Source: Heteronotia binoei
Lineage: Eukaryota
Length of the DNA: 64,000 nt
Assembly: GCF_032191835.1 (NCBI RefSeq)
Contig: NC_083232.1
Span: 63,922,001 to 63,986,000, forward strand
Direction: 5' to 3'
The notes below the pieces were generated by a model, which worked only from the letters and a program-made list of their open reading frames with translations, was not told where the DNA came from and did no database searches. The position numbers were made by a program, and so were the translations under genes. This document shows, one piece after another, positions 1 to 12,091 of the stretch (positions within the stretch are counted from its first letter, which is position 1; every line of letters begins with the position of its first letter).

Positions 1-148
1 TTCACAGCCCCAGAAACTGGATTCAAGTATTCACAGATTGGCAAAATTTCCTATTAGAATATAAGATACTGATGTGTGAACTAAAGTCCTCAAATACTTT
101 GTCTGCAGCACTCTCTGAGAATACAGCCAGCTGTTGAAGCACTTAATC

Positions 149-499
149 CAGGGTTTCCAACCTTTCAAACTTGTGAGCACCTTTGAAATTCTGACAGCAT
201 GGTGGGTATAGCTGTAAAATGGCTGCCACAAAATGACTTCTGCCGGAGGCAAAACCAGCCACAATAAGACTCCCACAACTTACCTTCTGTCCCACAATGA
301 AGAACCTTGTGATGTGGTCACAGACTCACAGCTGCTGCCAAAGCAATTTTTTAAAAAAATCTTCACAGTCAATCAACTTTCCAACAGTCAATTAGAAGCC
401 CCTGGGTCAAAGTCCAGGGAAAGTGTGCCAACACTTGATGGGCACCAGGAAAATATATGCAGATACCATGGTGCCCATGCACATGATGTTAGGGACCCA
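149..499. mobile_element. old hAT-type non-autonomous element (MITE)
   Basis: Ends CAGGGTTTCCAAC ... GTTAGGGACCCA resemble degenerate CAGGGGTCCCCAAC-type TIRs; no TSD verified. Confidence 0.45.
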
Positions 500-1028
500 A
501 TACGGCAGTCCAGGAAATATCAATAAACATTAATTAATACACATATGAACATCTACCAGAACTCACGCTTACTCTCCATCCTGTTAAATGCTCTCAGAAA
601 TCAATATGAAATACAGATACAGATGCAAATGAAAGTAAAATGCCTGGCTGAAGCAAAAAAGCAAGCTAAAAAAGACTGAAGGTTGCATAATATATTATCA
701 CCACTATGGAAGGTATAAATTATGTTCTAAAATGCCTTGGGACCAAAGTACTGTAAAGACTGCTTTCATCCTATGTGAATTTGCCTGTGACCTAAGATCA
801 GGCAATGGTATCCTTCCCTGGCAGAGCATTTTGCCCTCCAGGTTATAAAATTCCCTATCACCAAAGGGCATGTTGTCTCCCTGCCTTTTGGTCTTGCACA
901 ATTTAAAGATATCTTTATTCTCAAGAGTATTTAAAATTAGTTGACTTTAGTTTCAGGGCTATGCAGCTCATTTCTGGATCTGATTTATGGATTTATTATT
1001 GGATTTATGGATTTATTAGTGGGGCTGA

Positions 1029-1299
1029 GAGAGCCAGTTTGGTATGGTGGTTAAGAACATGGATTCTAATCTGGGAGAACTAGGTTTGATTCCCCACTCT
1101 TCCACATGCAGCTGCTGGTGTGACCGTGGGTCAGTTACAAGTTCTCTCAAAACTGTTCTCTCAAGAGCAGTTCTTGAAAGAGTTCTCTCAGCCCCATCTA
1201 CCTCACAGGGTGTCTGTTGTGGAGTGGGGAAGGAAAAAGAGATTGTAAACTGCTCTGGACACTGAGTGAAGGGCAGGGCATACATCCAATCTCTTCTTC
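1029..1299 (+). mobile_element. tRNA-headed SINE, Squam3/MIR(Ther1)-like
   Basis: A-box-like TGGTATGGTGGTTAAG and B-box-like GGTTTGATTCC head, conserved body CCTCACAGGGTGTCTGTTGTGG, L2-like tail ending in TTC repeats; many copies in the window. Confidence 0.85.
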
Positions 1300-1767
1300 A
1301 TTTACTATTGATATTCCATTCTTACTATTACTTTGTTGTCCATGTTATCATCTTCATAATATGATTAAAGACTGATTGCTTGTAAAAGCAGATATAAAAA
1401 TCTCCTAAACAATTGATGCAGGAATGGCTTTTAAATTACTCAGCATATGATCTTCATAATCTCATACATTTTGGCCCGGGGTGGGGTATCCTTGAGCTCC
1501 ACTTTCTGGCTTATGAGCTCTTACAGAAGAGCAAATTTTGTTGCGTTTCGCAAAAATCTGCTTCATAGTGAACAATGGCACTGTGCCTCCCACTTTTCTT
1601 GGCATGTGTGCTGGCTGAGCATACATCCCAGAGTTTGGATACATATCTAAATTCAATTAAAATGGTGCTGTCCTGTTACTTCCATGACAAACCTTAGAAA
1701 GCAGATAAAATAAAGAGTCTGGTTTGGTCAGGAGAGACTTGCAATGCATTTCTAAGCAGTCTACCAC

Positions 1768-1846
1768 AAGAACATAAGAGAAGCCATGCTGGATCAGGCC
1801 AATGGCCCATCCAGTCCAACACTCTGTGTCACACAGCGGACAAAAA
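1768..1846 (-). mobile_element. CR1 LINE 3' tail fragment
   Basis: Matches the 3' UTR and TTATGTTCTT tail of the CR1 copies at 28852 and 43950. Confidence 0.85.
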
Positions 1847-2938
1847 ATACCCTCCTAAACCCATTGTCTTAGAGAAGGGCAACTCTGATTATGATTGCAC
1901 TCTCAGGCTCATATCATTTCTCAACCACAAAGCTCACTGGATTCTGCATGTTGTGGTTCTCACACTTCTTGTTTTACAGAAATCCAGTTTAGTGTAACAT
2001 CTGAACTGAGAAAATAATTTCAATCCACAAATTCATTGTGGTTTCCAGTTTCAATTTGCAGCAAATTAGGGCACTGTTTGCAGGTAATAGCAAACTGATC
2101 TGTGTAATAAGAACAATAAACAATTTTTCTACACCAAAATGAGTTTGTAACAGTAAAATAAAATCAAGTCATTTAATTTATGAAAGTATTCTGAACAAAA
2201 GCTAGAGAACAAGTGCTAACTATTGAAAGCATTTACCAGTTATATCTTCACCATTCATATTCCAAATGTTTTCCCTTTCCACTGAAGTCTGTAGATGTCT
2301 TACTAGGAAATCCAAAGGGAAGAGGAGCAGAGACAGAATGGATCTGGCACAATAAGGCTGTCTTTTTTCAATCATTCACTTTGTATCCCAGAAATTGCAA
2401 ACTAGTGCAGCTCCCATCTTTTATTCATTTCATGTTTCATTTTTAAATATGGAATATCATTATTGCATTGTCAAACTGTTCACTTTAAAATTTTATGGAA
2501 TGTTGCTGCATGAGAAGATGATCTTTTCCATACCAATATGTTTTAAGACTCCTGATTTAAAGCAAAATGTAATGCATAAGTATCATCACTCAGTGATTTA
2601 TTTCTGCCTTACAGGTATTAGGGGAGGGTAAAGGACATGCCTAAATTGCAATTTCTTCCATCTTGACTTCAGAAAGTTGACCTCTTCTTCCTAATTAATC
2701 ATTTCTAACACAAGTCTAGCACCTTTAAGTTTCTTCCACATTTTATAGCACCCATATGAATGAAAACATTCAACTCTTTGAATCTCCCTTTAATTGTCAA
2801 CAGTGGACAAAAACTTATGCCAAGGTATTTTTTAGCCCTGCTACCCAGGATAATTTAACAAGGAGTGAATTTTGGAAATTCTTCCTGCATTGTACATGCA
2901 TCACCACCGAACTAGAGCCTCAACCCCTTTAAGTCCAC

Positions 2939-4279
2939 TGTAAGGAAGAGCCCCCTTATAGAACATCGTGATTACCAGCTTCGTTGCCAGAGCACCTGGA
3001 GAAGTGACTCGCACACGTCTGGCCAGAGCATGTGGGTAAACCTATCCAGGGGAAAAAGGAACTTAAGCAGTATAAGCAGCCATAACGCTACAAAGGCACT
3101 CTAAACCAGTACAAGAGTGCCCACCAGGAGAACGGAAGGCTTCCCGTCATTCCGTATGACAGCCAGCCCAGCATTGGAGCGAAGGAAACTGCACTGCCAG
3201 GAGCTATCCAGGCGAACGGTTATGAAGTTCTGACCATGGAATCCACTGTGGAGGGCTAACACCACGCAGCCACCTTCCTACCAGGCTTGACTCCATTCCA
3301 TCGAAGCGGACGGCTCACGTACACACCAGATGTCACCTTTGGCCTACAAGCAACCTACCCACCCCAGGAGTGGTTAATAGTCCAACTGCCACTTTCTTTG
3401 TTTAACGGAACTCTAGACAAAGACTGGTGCCCAGAAGAAGACAGAAGAAGAGGAAGACCATCTTCAGCCAGAGCCAAGTTCCTTTGTATATACTGGGTGT
3501 TACTTAGGCCACCATTTGACTCTCTATTGTCACCCTTTCAGATAAGTTCCCTAATGCTGGGTGTTCCCCACCCAGTAGTCACTTCTATTCTTCTTTCCAG
3601 CTGTCACTCTGGAGCCACCCTCTGGTCCATTTCAATCTGAAAGTTCACTCAGGTATCCAGGATCCAGGCAAGTCCATTGGTCAAGAGCAAGAACCCAGTT
3701 AGGTGTCACCAATACACTTTCTATTGGTTGTCCCAGTAGTCCAGCCCTTATGGTCACTGCAAAACCTCCCCTTTTCATGAGGTCATGCACCAGCTGACCA
3801 CTTTTCTCCTCCCTCGCACCTCCCATCCCCTAAGGGCTCAAGAGAGTCCTTAGAATCTGTGGACTAGCTACCCACAGGTGTGCTTCTATCAGTATCCCAA
3901 CTTCCGCTTCATAGATCCATCCCCGATTCCTGATCAGATTCGGGTCCCTTCTCCCACTTCCTCGCTTGTCACCATTGGAGCCTTCCTTGAAGACTACGAT
4001 AGGTAAATATCGCCCTGTTTGTCTACCCATGTGTTCCCCTATCTATCTATCCATGTTTCCTAGGACTGAATGTGTGTTTTGATGAGTATTTTATCTTGTA
4101 TGGAAGCCTATATTTTTTCTTAATAAATTTTAATTGATTTTACTAAATTAGAGTCCCTATATTCTTACGCATTACCTTTCTGGATGGTTAATCTTGTATA
4201 CATAGATAAAAGATCCCTAGTGAGCCAGGTGCCCACCTGACTATTCCCCAACCTCGTTTTGAGGGCATTTTGGCTTACA
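2939..4279 (+). mobile_element. solo LTR, 1341 bp (ERV- or Gypsy-type)
   Basis: Starts TGTAAG, ends CTTACA (6-bp inverted termini); perfect 4-bp TSD CCAC at 2935-2938 and 4280-4283; AATAAA near 4122. Confidence 0.8.
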
Positions 4280-4980
4280 CCACTGAAATTAATGGGCTTA
4301 GAAGGGTACAACTCTGCTTAGAAATGCATTGCAATTCTCCCCTGGCAAAGCACTTCATCTGCCCTGCACAAGGACTGCACATGCAACTATATTTTGGGGC
4401 TCATTTCTTTCAAAAGACAATCCCTCATATTGCATGGCAAGTCACTTTTGATTTGGCCAAGTTTCAAATATGGATTGTCCAGGTGAAAAGGAGATAAAAG
4501 CCTGCCTAGAAGAATACACTTCCACTTAAAATTTCCATCCCACTGCAGCCCCACATTCCCTCTGAGATGCTGAGAATATCTTGGAGCAGAATTATAGGTC
4601 TCCCATGACAAAGAAATCTGGGGAAGGGGAATCACCCTTCTGTCTTTGGACATTTTAGATGCAATTTAAGCCAATATATTGCAAATCGTTGTCAGTTTGA
4701 GCTGTGATACAATTGTGCTTCAAATCTGTGATTTCAAAGCTCCCAGAAACAGAAATCAAGCATGCCAGAGCATGGTAAATGACTTAACATGGCATCTGTA
4801 CAAGGAGAATTTTGAAAGTAGTCATCTGGGCCTATTTAAATACTGCAGTTTTAAATGTTTGCAGACTATATAAACAAGCCAGTTTATGCCATAATCTTTG
4901 ATACAAATTAGTCATTGGAGAATTGTAGAATACTGAAAGAGTTCCGCCTCTTTATAGAACACTCTTGTTTTCCTTCAGAT

Positions 4981-6126
4981 TAAGGTTGCCAGGTCTGATT
5001 CAGGAAATATCTGGAGACTTTAGGAATGGAGCCAGGGGTGTAGTGGGTCAGCAGCCTGTAGCAGCTGATACTGATGGCCAGCCAGCTGAGCCTGTTACCA
5101 CCCTGTCAGTGACTCTGAGGTGGCAGAAGCAGGCCCTCAGAAACCAGCTGCTGAAGTTACTAAGGACAGTGAGGACCCTAGCCCATGGGCACTGAGACCA
5201 CAGAGGAGGCAACACCGACCGTCTGCGAGCCAACAACCCACGATTCAGGAAATGCTGCCTCGCCTCACCTTTCCCCAGAGCCAGGGGAATGCAGGAGGCA
5301 ACAGGAACACTTAGATCTTCTTAAGATGAGATGGAGTGCGTGCCTCGCAGCCCAGCATTTACCAAGTCTGGAGAAGCACCTGGAGCTAATGAGCCAAATG
5401 GACATCTCCCCTGCAAGTTCAATGAGACCCAGCTGTGAACTACCCATAAAACACAGGACTTCAGGCAGCTTAGGTGTGGGTGCAACTTGTCAACAGTCCG
5501 GAGAGGCTGTGACCACAGTACCTGACCCTAATACCTCTTGTGATTACTGAACTCCTGGCTTTGACCCATGGACCTGCTCGTCAGTGCCTCTTGGACCTGC
5601 TTGGACCTTGTTCCCTGGATTCTCAGCTGGTGTCCCTTGTGTATGACTTTTGGACTGACTTTTTGGCTACATGAGCTTGGTTAGTTTCCTACTTTGTCCC
5701 CCTTAGTTTGCCCTGCTCTGGGACAAAGGGCAAGGTTGTTACAAGCATGACTGAATTCTGAAGGGAGTGCTGGCCATCACATTTAAAGGGACCATGCTCC
5801 TTTTAAGTGTCTTCTCTTCATTAGAAAAAATAGAGAATACGGGCACCTTCTGGGGCTCATAGAATTGGACCTTTTGGTCCAATCTTTTTTGAAATTTGGG
5901 GGGTTTTCTGAGGAGAGGCACCAGATTATACTAGAAATTGGGTGCCTCTACCTTAAAAAAAACTAGCCCCCCCAGAGTCCCAGATACCAGCAGATAGATT
6001 CTCTAGTATACCCTATGGGCTAGTCTCCATAGGGAATAATGGAGTGCCCAACGGACATGCAACAGCCCTCCTCACTTTCCGATAGCTCTGAAGAAGGGGG
6101 AGGGCCTTCAAATCAGGGCAAACCTA
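4981..6126. mobile_element. hAT (TAGGGTTGCCA-type) non-autonomous element, split by a solo LTR
   Basis: Termini TAAGGTTGCCA ... GGCAAACCTA; host sequence resumes after the LTR insertion at 5726. Confidence 0.7.
5039..5725 (+). mobile_element. solo LTR (Gypsy-like), nested in the hAT element
   Basis: TG...CA ends (TGTAGTGGG ... CTGGGACA); imperfect 5-bp TSD AGGGG/AAGGG; interrupts the MITE. Confidence 0.6.
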
Positions 6127-6141
6127 TTTTTAGATTAGATT

Positions 6142-6414
6142 GGAGAGCCAGTTTGGTGTAGTGGTTAAGTGTGCAGACTGTTATCCAGGAGAACTGGGTT
6201 TGATTCCCCACTCCTCCACTTGCACCTGCTGGAATGGCCTTTGGTCAGCCATAGCTCTGGCAGAGGTTGTCCTTGAAAGGGCAGCTGCTATGAGAGTCCT
6301 CTCAGCCCCACTCACCTCACAGGGTGTCTGTTGTGGGGGAGAAAGATAAAGGAGATTGTGAGCCACTCTGAGTGGAGGGCAGGATACAAATCCAATATCA
6401 TCATCATCATCATC
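6142..6414 (+). mobile_element. Squam3-like SINE, full length
   Basis: GGAGAGCCAGTTTGGTGTAGTGGTTAAG head; (ATC)n tail. Confidence 0.9.
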
Positions 6415-7717
6415 TGTTTTTTGATGGCTCTTATTCCAAATGAAGAGGAAGCTTACAGCACAGCCAAATAATAAGGCAGATGTTTCAAAACACTTGCTGT
6501 TTCACCAGTTTAAATTCAAAGATGTTGTTTAACTGACAGGAAACAACAGGAGAAATGGTCCTCTGTATACCAAAATTGGCACTTGGCTGCTTTCCAAGAA
6601 GTACCTGTTCTTCCAGATATAAGGAAGGGCTCTTTATAAATATATCTTATAAGGTGATGAAGAAGGTTAGAGGACTGAAATAAACAAATATTTTCAAGAT
6701 TATAAAAAAACCTTCAAAACTAATAAAAATGGTTCACTGCCACAGGATACTATTAACCACAAGTAGAGGCATGATTTACAGGCTATACTACAGCATAATT
6801 TTCTGTTGGACCGAAGACTGCTCTTTTTTTATAAAAATGGAGGAAGGGCAAAGGGGAACATAACATTATGGCAAAATCTATAGCAGAGACAAAACCAGTT
6901 AAACAAATGTATGTACATGAAAGCATCATAAGCAAACCACCAAAGCAAATGAAGAGAAATTCACTTTCACCCAAACTCCTGTGCTAAAACTAGCTGAAAC
7001 CTTCCTTAGCAGCAGAGCCTCTCAGTAATTCCAAAGTGATGATAAACAAACTTGACAACTTATATGTCAAATGGCTGAGGCTCAAAAGCAGAAGAATGAA
7101 TCTTCCATGGGACTGGCCTTATTTAACATTCTCCTTGTGATTATTTTATACCTGCATGTTGCTTACAACATTTTGTTCCTAAATATTCATTTGGGGTTTT
7201 TTTTTAAATCAATTAAATCAATTATATTTTCTTATGTATTGTGCTTCCAAAATAAAATGACCTATTTTAAATTCTACCATCTTTTCTCATACACATGCAC
7301 CACATAGTACAGATGTACAAGTCCCTATTCAAGATTATATTCAGGGAAAAGCAATTCTGACAGTTTGCAGAAGAAGGTGATTGTGCACAACATGTATTGG
7401 CTGTGACTTTTGATGTCACAAACTCCCCCCTCCAGTAATAAGAATGGTCAGGGATCTCTATTTAAATTGATTTTCTAACATAAAGCAACAAACATACATT
7501 TAAGAGAATAAATATCCATGATTTAAAATTAAAAGCTGGACAACCCACATGAAGATTATTGGAGCAAAAAGCAAGATAGACAATCAAGGTCTGTACTTGT
7601 GTTGCTGATAAATACAACTGTCAAAAATGTAACAAAGCCAAGAGCGGGAAGACGTAGGTTCATTTAGCAGGAAACAGCCCACAGTGAATCCCATCTAAAG
7701 GTATACTTTATTCTCCT

Positions 7718-7886
7718 AGAAGCTCTCTCAGCCCCACCTGTCTCACAGGGTGTTTGTTGTGGGGGACGAAGATAAAGGAGATTGTAAGCCGCTATGAGAC
7801 TCTGATTCAGAGAGAAGGGCGGGGTATAAATCTGCAGTCTTCTTCTTCTTCTGTAGTCTGTAGTCTTCTTCTTCTTCTGTAGTCTG
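7718..7886 (+). mobile_element. Squam3-like SINE, 3' half
   Basis: Body and tail match the full copies; compound TCTTCTTC/TGTAG tail. Confidence 0.8.
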
Positions 7887-8218
7887 GATATGTACTGTAA
7901 CTCCAGGGGCTATCCAGGTCCCACCAGGAGGCTGGCACTCCTATTAGTTTCTCCATTCCATGTTGGAATGGCTCATTCCATGGTGCAAAGACAATATAAC
8001 AGAGAAATAGATCACAGCTCAACAGCTCTCCACATGACCTGTGACTCCTTTCGTGGCACAGGAAGGCACCATGCAGCAGCGATTCTCATCTCATGAAGGT
8101 AACAACTTCGCACAGACCCTAAGAATTCAGTTCAGTTCAGAATTAATGCAAAATTATGGTTTCTTTTAATTAATATTAAATTAAAATTTAATTTAAATTA
8201 AAAATATTAAATTAAAAG

Positions 8219-10167
8219 CAGACAAGCTTATTTTGGCTCGCCTGCGGAGTCTGATGGACCTGGAGAGGTTCCAAATGGCCCTGCGGGATCCCTGGCCCCC
8301 TGGCGATTCTCTCAATGTCCTGGTGGAGTCTTGGCACCTTGGCACCTCATGTTAAGCTGGCTCCATGGTATACTCCGGAACTGCGGCAGCTGAAACGAGG
8401 GCTCAGACGGTTAGAGAGGCAATGGTGGCGTGTTCGAGACGAAGTGACCAGAACATCTTATAGAGAGTTTATGAGGTCCTATGAGATGGCAGTCAAAGCC
8501 ACAAAGAAGACTTACTTTGCGGCCAAGATTACGTCTGCAAATTTGTGCTCGACATAATTATTTAGGACAATTCGGAATCTTACAACACTGCTGCAAGGCA
8601 GGCCACATGCTAGGGAATTGGAGATAGGCTGTGAGGCTTTTGCAAATTTTTTTGCAAATAAGATTTTGTCACTTCGCCACAACCCTCCCACCACATTGGG
8701 AACAGTATACAAACACAAGGCCCCGTGCCTGTCTTCTGGACCAGTTCTGGATTGCTCTGACATGCTCAGCCTGGAAGAAGTTGACAGAATCCTCTCCACT
8801 GTACGCCCAACAACAATACGTTCGACCATCAGTTACTGACCCGCCATCTTGCCGGAGCAGGGATTCAGGGGTTGGCCTTGCAATGGCTTTCCTCTTTCCT
8901 CGATGGTCGGGGACAAAGGGTGGCGATTGGGGGTGAACTGTCCCTGAGATACCCACTTAATTGTGGGGTGTCACAGGGGGCGGTGCTCTCCTCGATGTTA
9001 TAGAACATCTATATGTGCTCACTTGCCCAGACTGCCCAGAGATATGGGTTGAGTTGCCACCAGTATGCTGATGACACCCAACTTTATCTACTGATGGACG
9101 GCCAGCCTGACTGTGTCCCAGAAAATCTGGACCTGGCATTGCATGCTGTGGCAGGATGGCTCAGGCTGAGTAGGTTGAAGTTGAATCCAGTGAAGGCAGA
9201 GGTCCTTTGACTGAATCGCGGCGGTCTAGGCAGGGAAACCCCCCTACCAGCATTTGACGGTGTAACATTGAAAACGGCATGTAAGATCAAGAGCTTGGGG
9301 GTGCTACTGGAGCCTGCCCTGTCAATGGAGGCCCAGATAGCAACCGCTGCTAAATCCGCTTTTTTTCATCTTAGGCGGGCGAGGCAGTTGGTCCCCTTCC
9401 TGGAGTGTGGCGACCTGGCAACAGTGATCCATGCAATGGTCACCTCGAAGCTGGAATACTGTAATGCCCTCAACATGGGGCTGCCCCTGTGCCAAACCCG
9501 GAAACTGCAGCTAGTGAAGAATGCAGCGGCCAGGCTGTTATTGGGGCACCCTAGATGGGAACACATACAGCCGGGGCTGTAGGAACTGCACTGGCTGCCA
9601 ATAGTGTACCGGATTTGTTACAAGGTGTTGGTTATCACCTTTAAAACCCTATATGGCCGAGGACCTGCCAACCTTAGGGACCGTCTCTCCCCATATATTC
9701 CCCAGAGGGTACTGTGATCTGGTTCTCAAAATCTATTGGTAATCCCTGGGCTGAGGGAAGACAAACTGAAAGTCACCAGAGAAAAGGCCTTCTCGATTGT
9801 AGCTCCCCACTGGTGGAACCAATTGCCAGAGGAGGTGTGGGCCTTGCGGAGCCTTGCCCAGTTCCGCGGGGCCTACAAGACCATTCTTTTTCAGCTGCCC
9901 TTTTTTAAGAAGGAATTTACTGTAGAAGGAATATCGTCACCATGGAAAAACTGTAAGATGCAAAACATCAAGATTTTAGCACCAAATCAACTTAGATGGT
10001 TTTAATGCATGATTTGTAATATTTGATTTATAATGTGTGATTTATAATATGTATGCATGATTTATAATAAGCATTGTTTTAATCGTTGAAGTTTTTATGT
10101 TGTGAGCCGCTCTGAGCCTGCTTCAGCAGGGAGGGCAGATATAAATTAAATATTATTATTATTATTA
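8219..10167 (+). mobile_element. L2 LINE, 5'-truncated and decayed, with an internal deletion before the RT
   Basis: Translated pieces PWYTPELRQLKRGLRRLERQW, YADDTQLY, LHWLP and AFSIVAPHWWNQLP; stops and frameshifts; jump from RPTT to an AFDT-like motif near 8815; (TAT)n tail. Confidence 0.9.
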
Positions 10168-10441
10168 ATTTGTAAAACCAGGGTGCAGATGATCATCCAA
10201 ATCTGTCTTGCTTTGATAAATTCTGGTTAAGATGCCTCCATAGGCATCCCTATAGTGGGGGAATGAGCAAGGGTAGAACTGGGCAACAAGGCAGGATTAA
10301 GCCAGGATATCTGAATTCATACATCATCAAAAACCTGAAGTAAAGCTTAAGTGTAGATAATAAATCAATGGCAAGCCATGGTTTAGGTTGACAGAATCTA
10401 AGTAACTACCATTAGTAGAGTGGTCCACGTTCAGTCAGATT

Positions 10442-10694
10442 TGACTCTGGAGTGACGTTGCTTTCACAACGTTTCCACGGCAGACTTTTTACGGGGTGGT
10501 TTGCCATTGCCTTCCCAGGTCATCTACCCTTTCCCCCCAGCAAGCTGGGTACTCAATTTACCAACCTCGGAAGAATGGAAGTCTGAGTCAACCTGAGCCG
10601 GCTACCTGAAACCAGCTTCCACTGGGATCAAACTCAGGTCGTGAGCAGAGAGTTCAGACTGCAGTACTGCAGCTTTACCACTCTGCGCCACAGG
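10442..10694 (-). mobile_element. Sauria SINE (Squam1), 3'-truncated
   Basis: tRNA-like head CCTGTGGCGCAGAGTGGTAAAG; GGCAATGGCAAACCACC body; 13-bp TSD GTTCAGTCAGATT at 10429-10441 and 10695-10707. Confidence 0.9.
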
Positions 10695-12091
10695 GTTCAG
10701 TCAGATTAACCATAGTTAAATTAAACCTTGGGTTCTCATTATGACTGAACAGAATCCTCCACAATATGCTGCCTAGCATGAGTCAAATTGACTCCACCTC
10801 TGAAAACCGGATAACAAACTGGGCTCTGCAGCAAAGAAACTGCCAAGGAAGAAAATACACTAATAATAATCTTAGGTTACAGATAATTAAAAATCTGACT
10901 CAACCAGAACCTTTGAGACTAATTTTAATAACAGCAGAAGCTTTCACTGGCTACAGACTGATTTGTCAGATGGCAGAAATAGTATTGCTAGCAGCAAACA
11001 ACAGGAGACAGTTCACAGAATGTTTCCGTTTGGCTGTGTGAACTGACCCTGTGCTATATGCATGTGAGGGGGAATGAATACCCTCTTTGCATGCATTACT
11101 GTGGAACCAGTTTTCAAGGCAGAGACTTGAAACTATGAAGCTAACTTGGTGTGAGATATTCTGAGAAGCAAAGCAAAAGCCTGCTTCACAATTGCTTTTT
11201 CTATTACAGTGATCAATTTCTAGCTAGAATCAGCATCCACAGTGTTTTCTGTGGTATGCATTGCTCTCTTTATCATCTTACATTCCAACATGCAAGTGTG
11301 GGCCTGCCTTCGGATATTTATATTCGTGGATTGGGTCCACATCAACAGAACAGAGATTTTTCTCCAAACTTTGGTGATTCCAACCAGGGATCAGAAAAAT
11401 CTTAAACCAGCAATAAAAGGGGGTCAAATATACCAAAAGGCTGCAGTACAGGGCAGTACAGGCCTCTAGAATTTTCCAGGGTTTTAGTAAATTTTCACTA
11501 AGTTTCAGGTTTCATAGGGGAATCTCTGTCTTTCATTGAGACACATAGAACATGAGGGGATTTCCGGTTGGAGGTGTGTGAGACCCAAATGAAAAAGACA
11601 GGCAAACAAAATGGCAAAGAAAAGGACAAAACTGAACCAAACCTGACAGAAATCTGTAAATATTTAAGTATTCTGCCTACCTCTTTCCCATCATTGGTTA
11701 CCATCTTAGACAGATGGAAAAGGGATAACATTTACTGCTTATTTGATTTTCCTTTACTCAGATGTTAGTCAGTTGTCCTTTAACTGTATGCTTTTCCCTT
11801 CTGTAACCAATGATTGTTTATACAACTAAAGATAAATTTAGTTTATACTTAATACAAGTTCCAAAGAGAACCCTTTAGCACTTGGGTGTGAATAACTCCA
11901 ACAAGCAAGGTTACCACTGTCTTTTCTACCCCCATATTGACTAGAGAGGAGACTGATTCTTAATCTGAAATGGAATCTCAAGAGACTGAAAGGCATTGAG
12001 TTAGGTGCATTTGCCTGATAATCTCAGGTAAGTAGGAGAACGGAATTAAGCTGGAGAGGCAACTTCTTGTTCGTGTATAGCAACCCAAGAC

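Noticed and set aside
11151-11768. Several 66-84 aa ORFs in unique sequence; also 19698-20702 and an ATG-less 78-codon frame near 30283-30516
   Set aside because: No recognisable homology, no consistent splice signals, and lengths expected by chance.
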